Shown here one piece after another: positions 1 to 10,379 of a DNA stretch of 64,000 bases. Every line of letters starts with the position of its first letter. Position 1 is the first letter of the stretch. This DNA is from Minisyncoccota bacterium (GTDB taxonomy: Bacteria > Patescibacteriota > Minisyncoccia > JBAYJV01). Under the pieces are notes generated by a model. It saw only the letters and a program-made list of their open reading frames with translations, did not search any database and was not told the DNA's origin. Location of the stretch: NCBI GenBank assembly GCA_041664925.1, contig JBAYJV010000002.1, positions 200,302-264,301 on the forward strand. The letters run 5' to 3'. A program made the position numbers and the translations under genes.

Positions 1-51
1 TTCAATATTGTAATACTTAACTCAATATTTTTCAAGACCTAGTGTTTAATT

Positions 52-1410
52 TTAAAATCCCTTTAGTTTGTCTACTTTTTCATGATCACGAATTTTCGTT
101 AATGCTTTTGCTTCAATTTGACGAATACGCTCTCTGGTCACTCCAAAAACCTGGCCAACTTCTTCAAGAGTATGAGTAATGTTGTCGCTTAAACCAAAAC
201 GCATTTCAAGAATTTTTTTCTCTCTATCTGAAAGGTCGGCAATGATTTCATAAATATGTTCCTTAAGCATTTTTCGCGCCATCAACTCAGAAGGGGAGAG
301 TTCCTTTTTATTTTCAACAAATTCTTCAAGAGTCGTATTGTCTTCTTCGTCGCCAACTGGAGTTTCAAGAGAAACTGTATCTTGAGAAATTTTCATGATA
401 TGGCGGATTTTTCTAAGTTCAAGACCCATTTCAGCCGAAACTTCTTCAGGCAGAGGATCGCGACCAAGCTCTTGGAGTAATTTTCTCCTAATTTGGGTAT
501 ATTTTGAAATTGTTTCAACCATATGAACTGGAATTCTGATTGTTCTGGCATGATCAGCTAATGATCTTGTAATAGCCTGCCTAATCCACCAAGTCGCATA
601 GGTAGAAAACTTATAGCCTCTTCGATAATCAAATTTTTCAACCGCCTTAATTAAACCAAGCGTTCCTTCTTGAATCAGGTCAAGAAAACTTAAATGAGAA
701 CTTCTTCCTGAATATCTTTTGGCAATTGAAACGACCAATCTAAGATTAGCTCTAATCAGAGATTGCCTTGCTTTTTCATCACCCTGAATAATTCGTTTTG
801 CTAAATCTATTTCTTCTTCTCTATTTAATAAGGGCACTTTGCCAATTTCTCTCAGATAAAGCCGCACCGAATCAACATCGTCTCTCGTTGCCTCAAATTC
901 TTTTCCAGTTTCATCTTCTTCTTCGTCTTTTTTAGATTCTTTTTTGGGTTTTTCATATTCAATCGCTTCCTGACTATCTTGAATTATAATACTTTCGTCG
1001 CGAAGATTATCCATTAATTCTTCAAGTCCATCTAAATCTTGTTCTATTTTTGGGAAGAATCGCAAAATTTCATTAAATGTCACAAAACCGCGCGTTCTTC
1101 CTCGCTTAACTAATTTTTTAATAGATTCTTCTTTAATCTTCTTTTCTTGATCTTTGGATAGTTTTATTTTTTTGGGTTTTATCATTGTCTCTTTTTTAAA
1201 AATCTTTTTCGTCTTATATTTGTGTGCAACCGCAGTAACTCTTAGTTTTGACTGAGGTTTTTCTTTGCCCTTTGTTCTTTTCTTTTTTTGAATCTTTCTT
1301 GCAATTACTTTTTTCTGGTTTGGACGATTTCTCTCGGGCTTCTTTTTAAGTTTACCCTTGAGTTTTTCTAGCATGGTTTTATTCTTCAAAAGTTTTTTGA
1401 AGCTCACCAA
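52..1410 (-). CDS. rpoD: RNA polymerase primary sigma-70 factor
   Basis: Sigma-70 regions 1.2-4 are recognisable: [52 protein letters not shown]-terminal [23 protein letters not shown]-rich N-terminal extension. An alternative start at 1374 would abut the dnaG stop at 1379. Confidence 0.9.
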   Translation of the reverse strand: MVSFKKLLKNKTMLEKLKGKLKKKPERNRPNQKKVIARKIQKKKRTKGKEKPQSKLRVTAVAHKYKTKKIFKKETMIKPKKIKLSKDQEKKIKEESIKKLVKRGRTRGFVTFNEILRFFPKIEQDLDGLEELMDNLRDESIIIQDSQEAIEYEKPKKESKKDEEEDETGKEFEATRDDVDSVRLYLREIGKVPLLNREEEIDLAKRIIQGDEKARQSLIRANLRLVVSIAKRYSGRSSHLSFLDLIQEGTLGLIKAVEKFDYRRGYKFSTYATWWIRQAITRSLADHARTIRIPVHMVETISKYTQIRRKLLQELGRDPLPEEVSAEMGLELRKIRHIMKISQDTVSLETPVGDEEDNTTLEEFVENKKELSPSELMARKMLKEHIYEIIADLSDREKKILEMRFGLSDNITHTLEEVGQVFGVTRERIRQIEAKALTKIRDHEKVDKLKGF

Positions 1411-3127
1411 TTAAAGTTTTAATAAGTTTTATATCTCCACTGGCTTCTGCTGATTTAATTTTTTCAATAAGCTCAATTTGATGACCCTTGTTTTCTCCTT
1501 GCTTAATATTGGCTGTGATTTTTTCAACTTCTTTTACGACATCTTCTGAAGATAGCTCGCTAAAAAGTTTATCATAATCCGCCTTCAAAGATAAGTAGCC
1601 TAAAACTTCATCAGCAGCAATCGTTTTCGGATCAGGATTTTTTATAAACTTTTCAAAAGAATTCCTTAGTTTCTCGTTTAAGATTATTTTACCATTAAAA
1701 TCCTTAAATTGCTCTTCCAGAACTTGGGGATATTTTAGGAAAATTGTTACCAAATTTTCTTCAAGAATATCTCGCCTTGTTTTTATTTTCTGATCAAGAA
1801 ATATTTCATCGTCTTTGTCTTTGACTCTAATAATCGTATCTTTAGTTTTTGATAGAGCTTCGTAAAGATATTTTTCTTCTATTTTTAAAATTTCTGCTAA
1901 TTTATTTACCCAATGAGATTGCTCAATTGAATTAGCGATTGCTTTTATTAATGGCAGTATTTCTTTAGCAATTTCTTTTTTACCATTGGGTGTTTCAGAT
2001 GAATTTTTCTTGATAGTTTTATCAATTGTATAAGAAAGAAACTCTTCGCCTCCTTTTACGATTTCACTCCATTTTTTCTGATCTGAAAGAACAATGTCGG
2101 CAGGATCTTTACCGCCTTCGAAGGTAAGAATTTTTATAGAAAATCCCAGAGACAATGCTTTTCTAATTGCTCCGTAGGTTGCGATACTGCCTGCTTCGTC
2201 TTGATCAAAGCAAAGTTTTAATTTATCTGTGTATCGCTTCAATAATACTAGGTGATTTTCATTTAAGGCAGTTCCGCAAGTCGCTAAGGTATTTTTCACG
2301 CCAGCTTGATGAGACATTAGAACATCTAAGTTTCCTTCAACCAGAATTGCAAATTTATTCTGCCTAATTGCTTCTCTGGCATGAGTTAATCCATAAAGGG
2401 TACGGCTTTTATTATAGACCGGCGTGTTTGGCGAGTTAATATATTTTGCCGGCGCCCTATCTCCTTTTTCCGGCTCGGGAAAAATTCGTCCAGAAAAACC
2501 AACGGTATGTCCTGCTAAGTCTTCAATCGGGAACATTACTCGCGACCTGAAACGATCATAACTGGGTTTTTTACTATCTTGATATTCCGATTTTATAATC
2601 AAACCCGACAAAATTATATCTGCCTCTTTAAATCCAATTTTTAAAAGATGGTCCTTGAGTCGTCGCCAATCATTCGGCGCATATCCAAGTTTGAATTCTT
2701 TGATGGTTTTTTGAGTAAGTCCACGTTCTTTTAAATAATTTCGCGCCTCTTTGGCTTCTGTTTCTAAAACTTCCTCAAAAAAATCAGACGCAACTTTGTT
2801 TATTTTTAATAGTTGCTCTCGCTGTGATATTAATTTTGGATCTTCTTTCTGAAGTTTTACTCCTGCTTTTTCGGCAAGCATTCTTAGTGCCTCTTTAAAC
2901 TCCAAATTCTCAATTTCCATAATAAACTTAAAAATGTCTCCACCCTTTGAACATCCAAAACAATGCCAAATTTGTTTTTCAGGCGAGACAACAAAAGACG
3001 GGGTTTTTTCTTTATGAAAAGGACATCTGGCTTTATAATTTACTCCTGCTTTTGTTAATTTTAAATAACCTTGGAGAACATCAACAATATCCAGACGATT
3101 TTTTATTTCCTCAAGAGAAGTTAACAT
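1379..3127 (-). CDS. dnaG: DNA primase
   Basis: Zinc-ribbon [30 protein letters not shown] and TOPRIM motif [13 protein letters not shown]. Lies immediately upstream of rpoD (dnaG-rpoD operon). Confidence 0.9.
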   Translation of the reverse strand: MLTSLEEIKNRLDIVDVLQGYLKLTKAGVNYKARCPFHKEKTPSFVVSPEKQIWHCFGCSKGGDIFKFIMEIENLEFKEALRMLAEKAGVKLQKEDPKLISQREQLLKINKVASDFFEEVLETEAKEARNYLKERGLTQKTIKEFKLGYAPNDWRRLKDHLLKIGFKEADIILSGLIIKSEYQDSKKPSYDRFRSRVMFPIEDLAGHTVGFSGRIFPEPEKGDRAPAKYINSPNTPVYNKSRTLYGLTHAREAIRQNKFAILVEGNLDVLMSHQAGVKNTLATCGTALNENHLVLLKRYTDKLKLCFDQDEAGSIATYGAIRKALSLGFSIKILTFEGGKDPADIVLSDQKKWSEIVKGGEEFLSYTIDKTIKKNSSETPNGKKEIAKEILPLIKAIANSIEQSHWVNKLAEILKIEEKYLYEALSKTKDTIIRVKDKDDEIFLDQKIKTRRDILEENLVTIFLKYPQVLEEQFKDFNGKIILNEKLRNSFEKFIKNPDPKTIAADEVLGYLSLKADYDKLFSELSSEDVVKEVEKITANIKQGENKGHQIELIEKIKSAEASGDIKLIKTLIGELQKTFEE

Positions 3128-3317
3128 TAAAAAATTGAAAGTTTAAAATGAATGGTTCGATGGGTTTAGTAAACTTACCACAAGTAATGAAAATTTTTTT
3201 ATCTTTTATATTTTATTTTTGATTTTTGATATTTGTGGTAGTTGCCCTTATTCTACCAAATTTTGACTCAAAAGCAACAAAAAAAACGCCCCTACTTTCT
3301 AAAAGACCGTAGGAGCG

Positions 3318-4064
3318 TCAACTCGTTAATCTCAAATCATAATGGTACTTATCGTCATCTGCTTCTAGATGACGATTTTGATGTTCTCCTTTCGAAAATT
3401 CAATCATTGCTAAAACTGCAATAGCACCAAGCAAGCTTAGATTACCAGAAATGTTATACTCGCTTACCAATCTACAAATTTCGTTCAGCCTATCAGTGTC
3501 TTCGAGGTCAACAGAAAAATCACCTATATGTTGAAGTTGATGATCGCCCTCAACAAATTCAAGTAAGCCAGAATTTGCAATATCAACTAAAAGACCGGTA
3601 TTTCCAGTTTCTCTATATCTATCAATGCGCCTGAAAATTTCTTTCATTCTCTTATACTGAGGTTTTCCAGGAGCGCCTAAAAGACCATACCTTAAACCTC
3701 CAATAATAAGGTAAATTCTCATCAGTCTTTCAAAGTCTGTAGACCAGTAAAACTCACCAATAGTTGAAGATTTGTCATTTAAATACCACAAATAACGCTT
3801 CATTAATGATTCAAACTCTGGAGACCATTGGGTTCTCGCTAAGTAGTCAAGCGATTTGTACTGTGTAATATCGTTAACATTTTCCGCCAAACGCATTCTT
3901 ATCCACTGACGAACCTCTTCGCCTTGCATTGGGCATATAGTGAAAGAATGAATTCCTTCATCGTTAGTGTCTTTTGGAATCGATTTTCCATTTCTTGACC
4001 AATACTTAAGAATGATTGCGATAACGACGATAAAGAGCGTTTCAAAGAACATATTCACCGTCAC
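3318..4064 (-). CDS. Hypothetical protein with N-terminal TM helix
   Basis: 248-aa ORF with one N-terminal hydrophobic helix and no recognisable motifs. Rho-independent terminator downstream at 3280-3312 on the minus strand. Confidence 0.4.
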   Translation of the reverse strand: MTVNMFFETLFIVVIAIILKYWSRNGKSIPKDTNDEGIHSFTICPMQGEEVRQWIRMRLAENVNDITQYKSLDYLARTQWSPEFESLMKRYLWYLNDKSSTIGEFYWSTDFERLMRIYLIIGGLRYGLLGAPGKPQYKRMKEIFRRIDRYRETGNTGLLVDIANSGLLEFVEGDHQLQHIGDFSVDLEDTDRLNEICRLVSEYNISGNLSLLGAIAVLAMIEFSKGEHQNRHLEADDDKYHYDLRLTS

Positions 4065-4200
4065 CTCCTTTTTTTAAAGAACTCTATTTTTAATCTACTC
4101 AAAAAAAAAATTAAATCAATTTGAAAAACTGTTGATAAGTTGTTCCTTTTATCTCTTTGATTAGCATCCAAGTTAAGTTAGGATAGGTTAAGAAATAAAT

Positions 4201-4923
4201 ATGAAAAACAATTTTTTTAATAAATTATATTTTTTCTTAACGAGAAAAAGAAAATCAAAGATTAGCGGTAAAATTATTGTTTTTGAAGGTATTGATGGCT
4301 CTGGCAAGGAAACTCAATTTAAGTTATTCATTGAATTGTTAAGAAAACTTCGCGTCCCTTTTAAAACTTTTGACTTTCCCCAATACCAAAAAACTATTGG
4401 CGGAAAAATTTTGCGCTTTGTTCTTGATGGAAAATTTTGCAACCCCAGTGATATTCCTATTAAGCTTTTCTCTTTTTTCTATGCCCTTGATAGAAAAACA
4501 GTTGCCAATGAAATTCGCAAAGCAAGCAGGCAAAACTATGTTGTTGCCCTGAATCGCTATACGACCTCAAACAAAGGTCACCAAACTTGGAAATTTAAAA
4601 CATTAGAAGAACAAGAAGAATACCTCGCTTGGCTTGAAAAACTTGAACACGATGATTTAGGTATTCCTCAAGAAGATATTGTGGTTTTTTTTGATTTAAA
4701 TATTGAGAATGCTCTTATGCTTATTAACAAAAGGCAGCGGGGGACTGATAAAGTTGAAACAGATGTTGATTACTTAACTAATTCCCTTGAAATGTACAGA
4801 AAATTAGCGCAAAAATATTCTCATTGGATTACTATAAAATGCGAAGGTGAAAATGGCGTTCTTTTGCTACCCGAAACAATTCATAAAAAAACCGTTGATA
4901 CAATTATAGAAAGATTAAAATAA
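4201..4923 (+). CDS. tmk: Thymidylate kinase (divergent)
   Basis: P-loop IVFEGIDGSGKETQ and LNRYTTSNKGHQ (DRY/YQG-like LID region). Confidence 0.7.
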   Translation: MKNNFFNKLYFFLTRKRKSKISGKIIVFEGIDGSGKETQFKLFIELLRKLRVPFKTFDFPQYQKTIGGKILRFVLDGKFCNPSDIPIKLFSFFYALDRKTVANEIRKASRQNYVVALNRYTTSNKGHQTWKFKTLEEQEEYLAWLEKLEHDDLGIPQEDIVVFFDLNIENALMLINKRQRGTDKVETDVDYLTNSLEMYRKLAQKYSHWITIKCEGENGVLLLPETIHKKTVDTIIERLK

Positions 4924-5019
4924 ACATAAATAGGTTTCTTGAACAAATTCTTAATTTCGGGTATCATTGTGGTAATGTTTATATTGCTACTAATAACTTT
5001 GACTATTTAAAGAGGCACT

Positions 5020-6855
5020 ATGACAAATGAAAGAAAAACCGAAATAATCACAAGAGAACACTTTTCTAAATTTTTGGATTCTGTTTATATTGAAGAACAA
5101 CGCTCAGATAATCCAAAAATTGATAAGTTATTAAAAACAGCCTCAAAAAAAGGCGGTGGAAAAGGTTATCCTGAGTTTATTATTAGCTATAAAACTAATC
5201 CTAATTTATTGATTGTTGTTGAATGTAAGGCAGATGTAATAAAACACGAAAGTAAAGATCGTGATAAATATTCAGAGTTTGCAGTTGATGGTGCCTTACT
5301 TTACGCTTCCTATCTATCTAAAGATTTTGATGTTTTAGCAATCGCAGTTAGTGGAGAAACAAAACAATCATTAAGAGTTTCTCATTTTTTGCATTTAAAG
5401 GATGAGAAAAAAGCAACTCCAATTTTCGGAGATAAATTTTTATCCGTTGATGATTATTTGAACGGATATTTAAAAAGTCCTGAAAAATTTAGACAAGATT
5501 ATAATTCGCTTTTAGATTTTACAAAACAACTTAACGAAAAACTACATACTTATAAAATTCTTGAAAGCCAAAGAAGTTTGCTTATTAGCTCAATTTTGAT
5601 TGCTTTAGAAAATACCGCCTTCAAAAGGTCTTATGCTTCGCATAAAAAACCAGAAAATCTTGCTGTTTCACTTATTCAAACAGTTTCCGATGAATTAGAA
5701 AGTGCAAATATTACAGGAAAAAAACTTGAAAATCTAAACACTCAATTTAGTTTTATTAAAACAGATACTTCTTTGTCAAAAAAAGAAAATGTTTTGAAAG
5801 AAATTATTGACGAGATCGATGAAAACATAAATGCTTTTATTAAAACTCATAAATACTTTGATGTTTTAGGTCAGCTTTATATTGAATTTTTGAGATATGC
5901 AAACAGCGACAAAGGTTTGGGAATTGTTTTAACGCCTCCACATATTACAGAACTTTTTGCTGATTTAGCACAAGTCAATAAAAACTCTATTGCTTATGAT
6001 AATTGTACTGGAACAGGTGGGTTTTTGATTAGTGCGATGAAAAAAATGGTTGCAGATGCAAAAGGCGATGAAACAAAAATTAAAGAAATTAAAGCAAAGC
6101 AGCTTATCGGAACAGAGTATCAATCGCATATTTTCGCTTTAGCAGTTTCAAATATGTATATCCACCAAGACGGAAAAACAAATATCATAAATGGCAGTTG
6201 TTTTGACGAAGAAGTTATTGAAGAGGTAAAAGCAAAAAAGCCGACAGTTGGATTTTTAAATCCGCCTTACAAGTCAAACAAAAAAACGGATACCGACGAA
6301 TTAGAATTTATTTTGAATAATTTAGAGTGTTTAGTTGACGGCGGAACTTGCGTTGCGATTGTCCCAATGCAAAGTGTTTTAGCGATAAGTGGCAAAGTTT
6401 TAGAATTAAAAAAGAAACTTCTTGAAAAACACACTCTACAAGCGGTTTTATCGATGCCAGATGAATTATTTCTTAATTCAAAAGTCGGTGTTGTTTCTTG
6501 TGTCATAGTTTTTACAGCACACAGACCGCACCCAAATCACAAAGAAACATACTTTGGTTATTACAAAGATGACGGTTTTGTTAAAAGAAAAAACAAGGGA
6601 AGAATTGACGCTTATGGTAAGTGGCAAGAAATAAAAGAGAAATGGCTTGCAAATTTTGAAAACAGAAAAAATGAAGCTGGATTTAGTGTTAATCAAATAA
6701 TTACTGCCGATATGGAATGGGCAGCGGAAGCCTACATGGAAACAGATTATTCAAATTTAAAAGATGAAAACTTTGAAGACACTATTTTAAACTATGTAAC
6801 CTTTTTGCATAGCAATAAACTTTTAGATAAAAATCAGGACTATGGCAATGAATAA
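5020..6855 (+). CDS. Type IIB (BcgI-like) restriction-modification subunit A: N-terminal PD-(D/E)xK endonuclease fused to N6-adenine DNA methyltransferase
   Basis: N-terminal nuclease core LLIVVECKAD. MTase motif I DNCTGTGGFL and motif IV NPPY (FLNPPYKS). No helicase domain. 14-bp overlap with the downstream specificity gene. Confidence 0.7.
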   Translation: MTNERKTEIITREHFSKFLDSVYIEEQRSDNPKIDKLLKTASKKGGGKGYPEFIISYKTNPNLLIVVECKADVIKHESKDRDKYSEFAVDGALLYASYLSKDFDVLAIAVSGETKQSLRVSHFLHLKDEKKATPIFGDKFLSVDDYLNGYLKSPEKFRQDYNSLLDFTKQLNEKLHTYKILESQRSLLISSILIALENTAFKRSYASHKKPENLAVSLIQTVSDELESANITGKKLENLNTQFSFIKTDTSLSKKENVLKEIIDEIDENINAFIKTHKYFDVLGQLYIEFLRYANSDKGLGIVLTPPHITELFADLAQVNKNSIAYDNCTGTGGFLISAMKKMVADAKGDETKIKEIKAKQLIGTEYQSHIFALAVSNMYIHQDGKTNIINGSCFDEEVIEEVKAKKPTVGFLNPPYKSNKKTDTDELEFILNNLECLVDGGTCVAIVPMQSVLAISGKVLELKKKLLEKHTLQAVLSMPDELFLNSKVGVVSCVIVFTAHRPHPNHKETYFGYYKDDGFVKRKNKGRIDAYGKWQEIKEKWLANFENRKNEAGFSVNQIITADMEWAAEAYMETDYSNLKDENFEDTILNYVTFLHSNKLLDKNQDYGNE

Positions 6856-7843
6856 ATTAGTACAAGTATCGGATTTATTTAATGTCATTTATGGCGTTAA
6901 TTTAGAGTTGGTAAATTTAACTCAATGTAAAAATACAGATAAAAATGCTGTACCTTTTGTTTCTCGTACAGAAAATAATAATGGTGTTTCTGCCTACGTT
7001 GAAATAGAATTAGACGTCGAACTAAATCCAGCACATACACTATCCGTTGCAGGTGGAGGATCTGTTTTGTCAACTTTTTATCAAGCATTTCCTTATTACA
7101 GTGGTCGTGATTTATATGTACTTATCCCCAAAGGAAAAATGAGCGTTATAGAAATGCTTTTTTATGCAAAATGTATCAGCGCAAACAAATATAAATATAA
7201 CTATGGAAGACAAGCAAATAAAACACTAAAAAATATCTTAATTCCATCTCAAATCCCTGAAGAATTAAAAAACAAACTCACCGCTTATTATAAAGAATTA
7301 GAAAAAAGCATTTCTCAAAAACCTTTAGTAGATAAAAAAATCAAACTTGAAATTGATAAATGGGAAAGTTTTATTATTGGAAAATTATTTAAAGTTACAT
7401 TAGGTTCTCATATTCATAGTCTTGAAATTGAAGAAATAGTTGCAGAAAAAAGTAATAAAAATATATCTTATGTTACTAGAACAGCAACAAACAACGGAGT
7501 TGAATTGTTTGTAGAAAATAATGTTTCGATAGAAGAAAAAATCAATTTAGCAAATTGTATTACAGTTGGCGCAGAAGGTTTTAAAGCTTTTTTTCAGCCT
7601 TTAAATTTTATCAACGGAAATAAGATAAGCATAATTAGACATTACAAATTGAATAAATATGTAGCTCTATTTATCAGCACTTTACTAAATTTAGAAATAG
7701 AAAAAAAATTCAATTATGGCAGAGGCGCAACAAAAGAAAGAATAAGCCAATTAAAAATAAAATTACCAGTAAAAAATGGAAATCCTGATTTTGAGTATAT
7801 GGAAAACTATATTAAGTCCTTGTCTTATTCTTCAAGTTTATAA
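6842..7843 (+). CDS. Restriction-modification specificity subunit (BcgIB/HsdS-like, two TRDs)
   Basis: Two repeated target-recognition halves, each ending in a YGRQANK / YGRGATKERISQL-type conserved region. Translationally coupled to the upstream RM gene. Confidence 0.65.
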   Translation: MAMNKLVQVSDLFNVIYGVNLELVNLTQCKNTDKNAVPFVSRTENNNGVSAYVEIELDVELNPAHTLSVAGGGSVLSTFYQAFPYYSGRDLYVLIPKGKMSVIEMLFYAKCISANKYKYNYGRQANKTLKNILIPSQIPEELKNKLTAYYKELEKSISQKPLVDKKIKLEIDKWESFIIGKLFKVTLGSHIHSLEIEEIVAEKSNKNISYVTRTATNNGVELFVENNVSIEEKINLANCITVGAEGFKAFFQPLNFINGNKISIIRHYKLNKYVALFISTLLNLEIEKKFNYGRGATKERISQLKIKLPVKNGNPDFEYMENYIKSLSYSSSL

Positions 7844-7875
7844 TTTAAAATCTAAAATTTAAAGTAAAAATTTTC

Positions 7876-8940
7876 ATGAAAATTTTTTCCGGCATTCAAC
7901 CAACTGGCAAACTTCATATCGGCAATTATTTTGGCGCAATTCAAAACATGGTTAAACTTCAGGAGGAGAATGAGGCAATTTTTTCTATTGTTGATTTGCA
8001 CGCCATCACGGTTGATTATGATCCCAAAGATTTTCAATCTCGCATCAACGATACGATTTTAGATTTTTTGGCTTGCGGTATTGATCCTCAAAAATCAATT
8101 ATATTTATCCAATCGCAAATAAAAGAGCACTCTGAACTTGCTTGGCTTTTAGATACTGTTGCTTCCGTTGGCGAACTCCAGCGCATGACTCAGTTTAAAG
8201 ATAAATCTCAGAAAGAAGCCATCTCTAATATGAAAACATTCAGTAAAGAAGAATCAGAAAAAATTATCAAGCATCTTCCTGATGTGCATCCAATAGTTAA
8301 AACCAGCCTTCGAGAAGCTATCATTAGCGCAGGATTATTTAATTATCCCGTTCTTATGGCTGCAGACATTCTCTTATACGACACAGAAGCTGTTCCAGTT
8401 GGAGACGACCAAAAACAGCACTTGGAATTAACTCAAAACATCATTCGCCGTTTCAATAATAAATTCGGCGAGACATTCAAAAACATCAAACCGCTCATTC
8501 CACAAGAAGGCGCTCGAATCATGAGTCTCAAAGATCCATCTAAAAAAATGAGTAAGTCCGAACCCGATGGTTGTCTTTTTATTACCGACGCTCCCGAAGA
8601 AATTGAAAGAAAAATTAAATCGGCTGTTACTGACACCGAAAGAACTGTTAGTTTTGATCCGGAAAAAAGACCGGCGCTTGCCAATCTTTTAATGATTTAT
8701 GCTTTGTCTGAAAATAAACCAATTAAAAATATTGACTTAAATCAATTTGATGGCCACGCATCGTTCAAAAAAGCGCTTACCGAAAGTCTTATAAAAACAT
8801 TTGAACCGATTAGGAGGAAGCGAGAAGAATTAGAAAAACAACCAGAATACATAAAAGAAATTTTAGAAGAGGGGAGAGTAAAGGCGCAAGCCATTGCCAG
8901 TAAAAAAATCGAACAAGTTAAAGGGGTAATGGGATTATAA
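7876..8940 (+). CDS. trpS: Tryptophan--tRNA ligase
   Basis: Class I aaRS motifs: HIGN (PTGKLHIGNYFG) and KMSKS. Confidence 0.9.
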   Translation: MKIFSGIQPTGKLHIGNYFGAIQNMVKLQEENEAIFSIVDLHAITVDYDPKDFQSRINDTILDFLACGIDPQKSIIFIQSQIKEHSELAWLLDTVASVGELQRMTQFKDKSQKEAISNMKTFSKEESEKIIKHLPDVHPIVKTSLREAIISAGLFNYPVLMAADILLYDTEAVPVGDDQKQHLELTQNIIRRFNNKFGETFKNIKPLIPQEGARIMSLKDPSKKMSKSEPDGCLFITDAPEEIERKIKSAVTDTERTVSFDPEKRPALANLLMIYALSENKPIKNIDLNQFDGHASFKKALTESLIKTFEPIRRKREELEKQPEYIKEILEEGRVKAQAIASKKIEQVKGVMGL

Positions 8941-8985
8941 CTTTAAACCATAAACAATAGACATTAAACTTTAAACTTAAAAACT

Positions 8986-9222
8986 ATGCCAGAAAAAAAT
9001 GAACGAGGCAGGGATAGTTTCATGGAAGAAATAGATATTCCTTCCTTTCAGGATTTTTTAACAGAACAAGGAATTTCTCCAGAAGATGAAAAAATTCCGC
9101 TCTTAAGAAAAATCTGGAATGTAGCGATTACCGCTGCTTGTGATTATTTTGGAAATCAAGAAGGAACTGATTATGGCGCTTCTGAAGCTTTATTAGTCCC
9201 CGATTCGGAAAAAGACGATTAA
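8986..9222 (+). CDS. Hypothetical acidic small protein
   Basis: 78-aa ORF with no motifs. Confidence 0.3.
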   Translation: MPEKNERGRDSFMEEIDIPSFQDFLTEQGISPEDEKIPLLRKIWNVAITAACDYFGNQEGTDYGASEALLVPDSEKDD

Positions 9223-9339
9223 TAAAATGAAAAACCTGTAGATATCTAACATCCCTCGTCGCTGACATAGATAAAGCGCTGATTTTGCCCAAAAGATTGA
9301 CCGTAGATGTCCGACATCTACAACTGAAATTTTAATTAT

Positions 9340-9630
9340 ATGTCTATCGAAAAAGAACCAAGACAAGAAAAAACTTTTAAAGAAATTGAGCAAGAAATGC
9401 ATGAGCAAGGTTATCTTTACGCAGGAATTGAATCACTCACAATCACCCGATTAGATGAAAAAGATAGTCGATTTAAAGCTTTTCCATCTCAGACAAGAGA
9501 ACAGATCATAGAAAAACATTCTAGTGATGGCAGACTTGAAGTTGAACTAATTGATATTCCTAATCGAATTCCAGGACCACAAGACCAAGAAGCTGTCTGG
9601 GTCTTTGTCAAAGAAAAAGAAAAAAATTAA
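9340..9630 (+). CDS. Hypothetical protein
   Basis: 96-aa ORF preceded by GTCCGAC-core palindrome at 9303-9321. Confidence 0.35.
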   Translation: MSIEKEPRQEKTFKEIEQEMHEQGYLYAGIESLTITRLDEKDSRFKAFPSQTREQIIEKHSSDGRLEVELIDIPNRIPGPQDQEAVWVFVKEKEKN

Positions 9631-9670
9631 TTATTCTATATTCAAAATTCTAAATTCCTTATTGTAAATA

Positions 9671-10360
9671 ATGACTAACAAAGATTATTCTAAAAATATA
9701 TATTTAAGCCTCACAGGAGAAACCACGAAAGACTGGCAATCCAAAATCAATGAAATTAATGCTTTAGGATTAGATACGGTTGCGCTTTTTCTTGAGGTTT
9801 ATGAAAAATCGGAACGAACAAAAATTTATGAAGCGCTTGAAAAGAGCTCCATCAAAAACATTCCCTTAGTTCACATCAGGAGTGACATGACAAAAGATGA
9901 GTTGAAATATCTTTGTGAAAAATATAACTATCCTTGTCTCACAATCCACGAAAAATTTTTTAATCGGTTGCCTGATTGGAGTGGATACCATCAATATTTA
10001 TACCTAGAAATGGATTATGACAATAGTGTCTCAAAGCAAGTCGATGTTGATAAAATTGGTGGTTTTTGCATTGATTTATCTCATTTTAAAACTGCGGAAG
10101 AAAAATGGACTAAAGAATTTGAATATATTATCGCCAATAAAAATAAAAAAAATCTTTTCAAATGCAACCATCTCAACGGTTATTCATATTCTAAAAATAG
10201 AGACATGCACATCATATCTTCTTTTGACGAATTTGAATATCTAAAAACCTTGCCTGATTTTGTTTTTGGAGATATTGTCGCATTGGAAGTTTATAATTCT
10301 ATTAGCGACCAAATTATGTATAAAAAATATATTGTAAATTTGTTGAAAGGAGAATGTTAA
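9671..10360 (+). CDS. Hypothetical protein
   Basis: 229-aa ORF with coding-like composition and no recognised family. Confidence 0.4.
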   Translation: MTNKDYSKNIYLSLTGETTKDWQSKINEINALGLDTVALFLEVYEKSERTKIYEALEKSSIKNIPLVHIRSDMTKDELKYLCEKYNYPCLTIHEKFFNRLPDWSGYHQYLYLEMDYDNSVSKQVDVDKIGGFCIDLSHFKTAEEKWTKEFEYIIANKNKKNLFKCNHLNGYSYSKNRDMHIISSFDEFEYLKTLPDFVFGDIVALEVYNSISDQIMYKKYIVNLLKGEC

Positions 10361-10379
10361 ATTTTCCTATATCACATCT

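Noticed and set aside
256-480. Small antisense ORFs inside rpoD, dnaG, the membrane protein (38421-38924) and others (2167-2367, 2947-3138, 4339-4552, 6267-6696, 8433-8684)
   Set aside because: They are fully nested antisense to well-supported genes, with no independent signals.
4201-4923. Thymidylate kinase as a defence-associated nucleotide kinase because of proximity to the RM system
   Set aside because: Canonical Tmk P-loop/LID motifs and an expected single-copy housekeeping role; the association is probably coincidental.
5020-6855. Type I HsdM interpretation for the RM methyltransferase
   Set aside because: The same polypeptide carries an N-terminal PD-(D/E)xK nuclease domain and there is no HsdR helicase gene adjacent, so a Type IIB/IIG architecture is more parsimonious.
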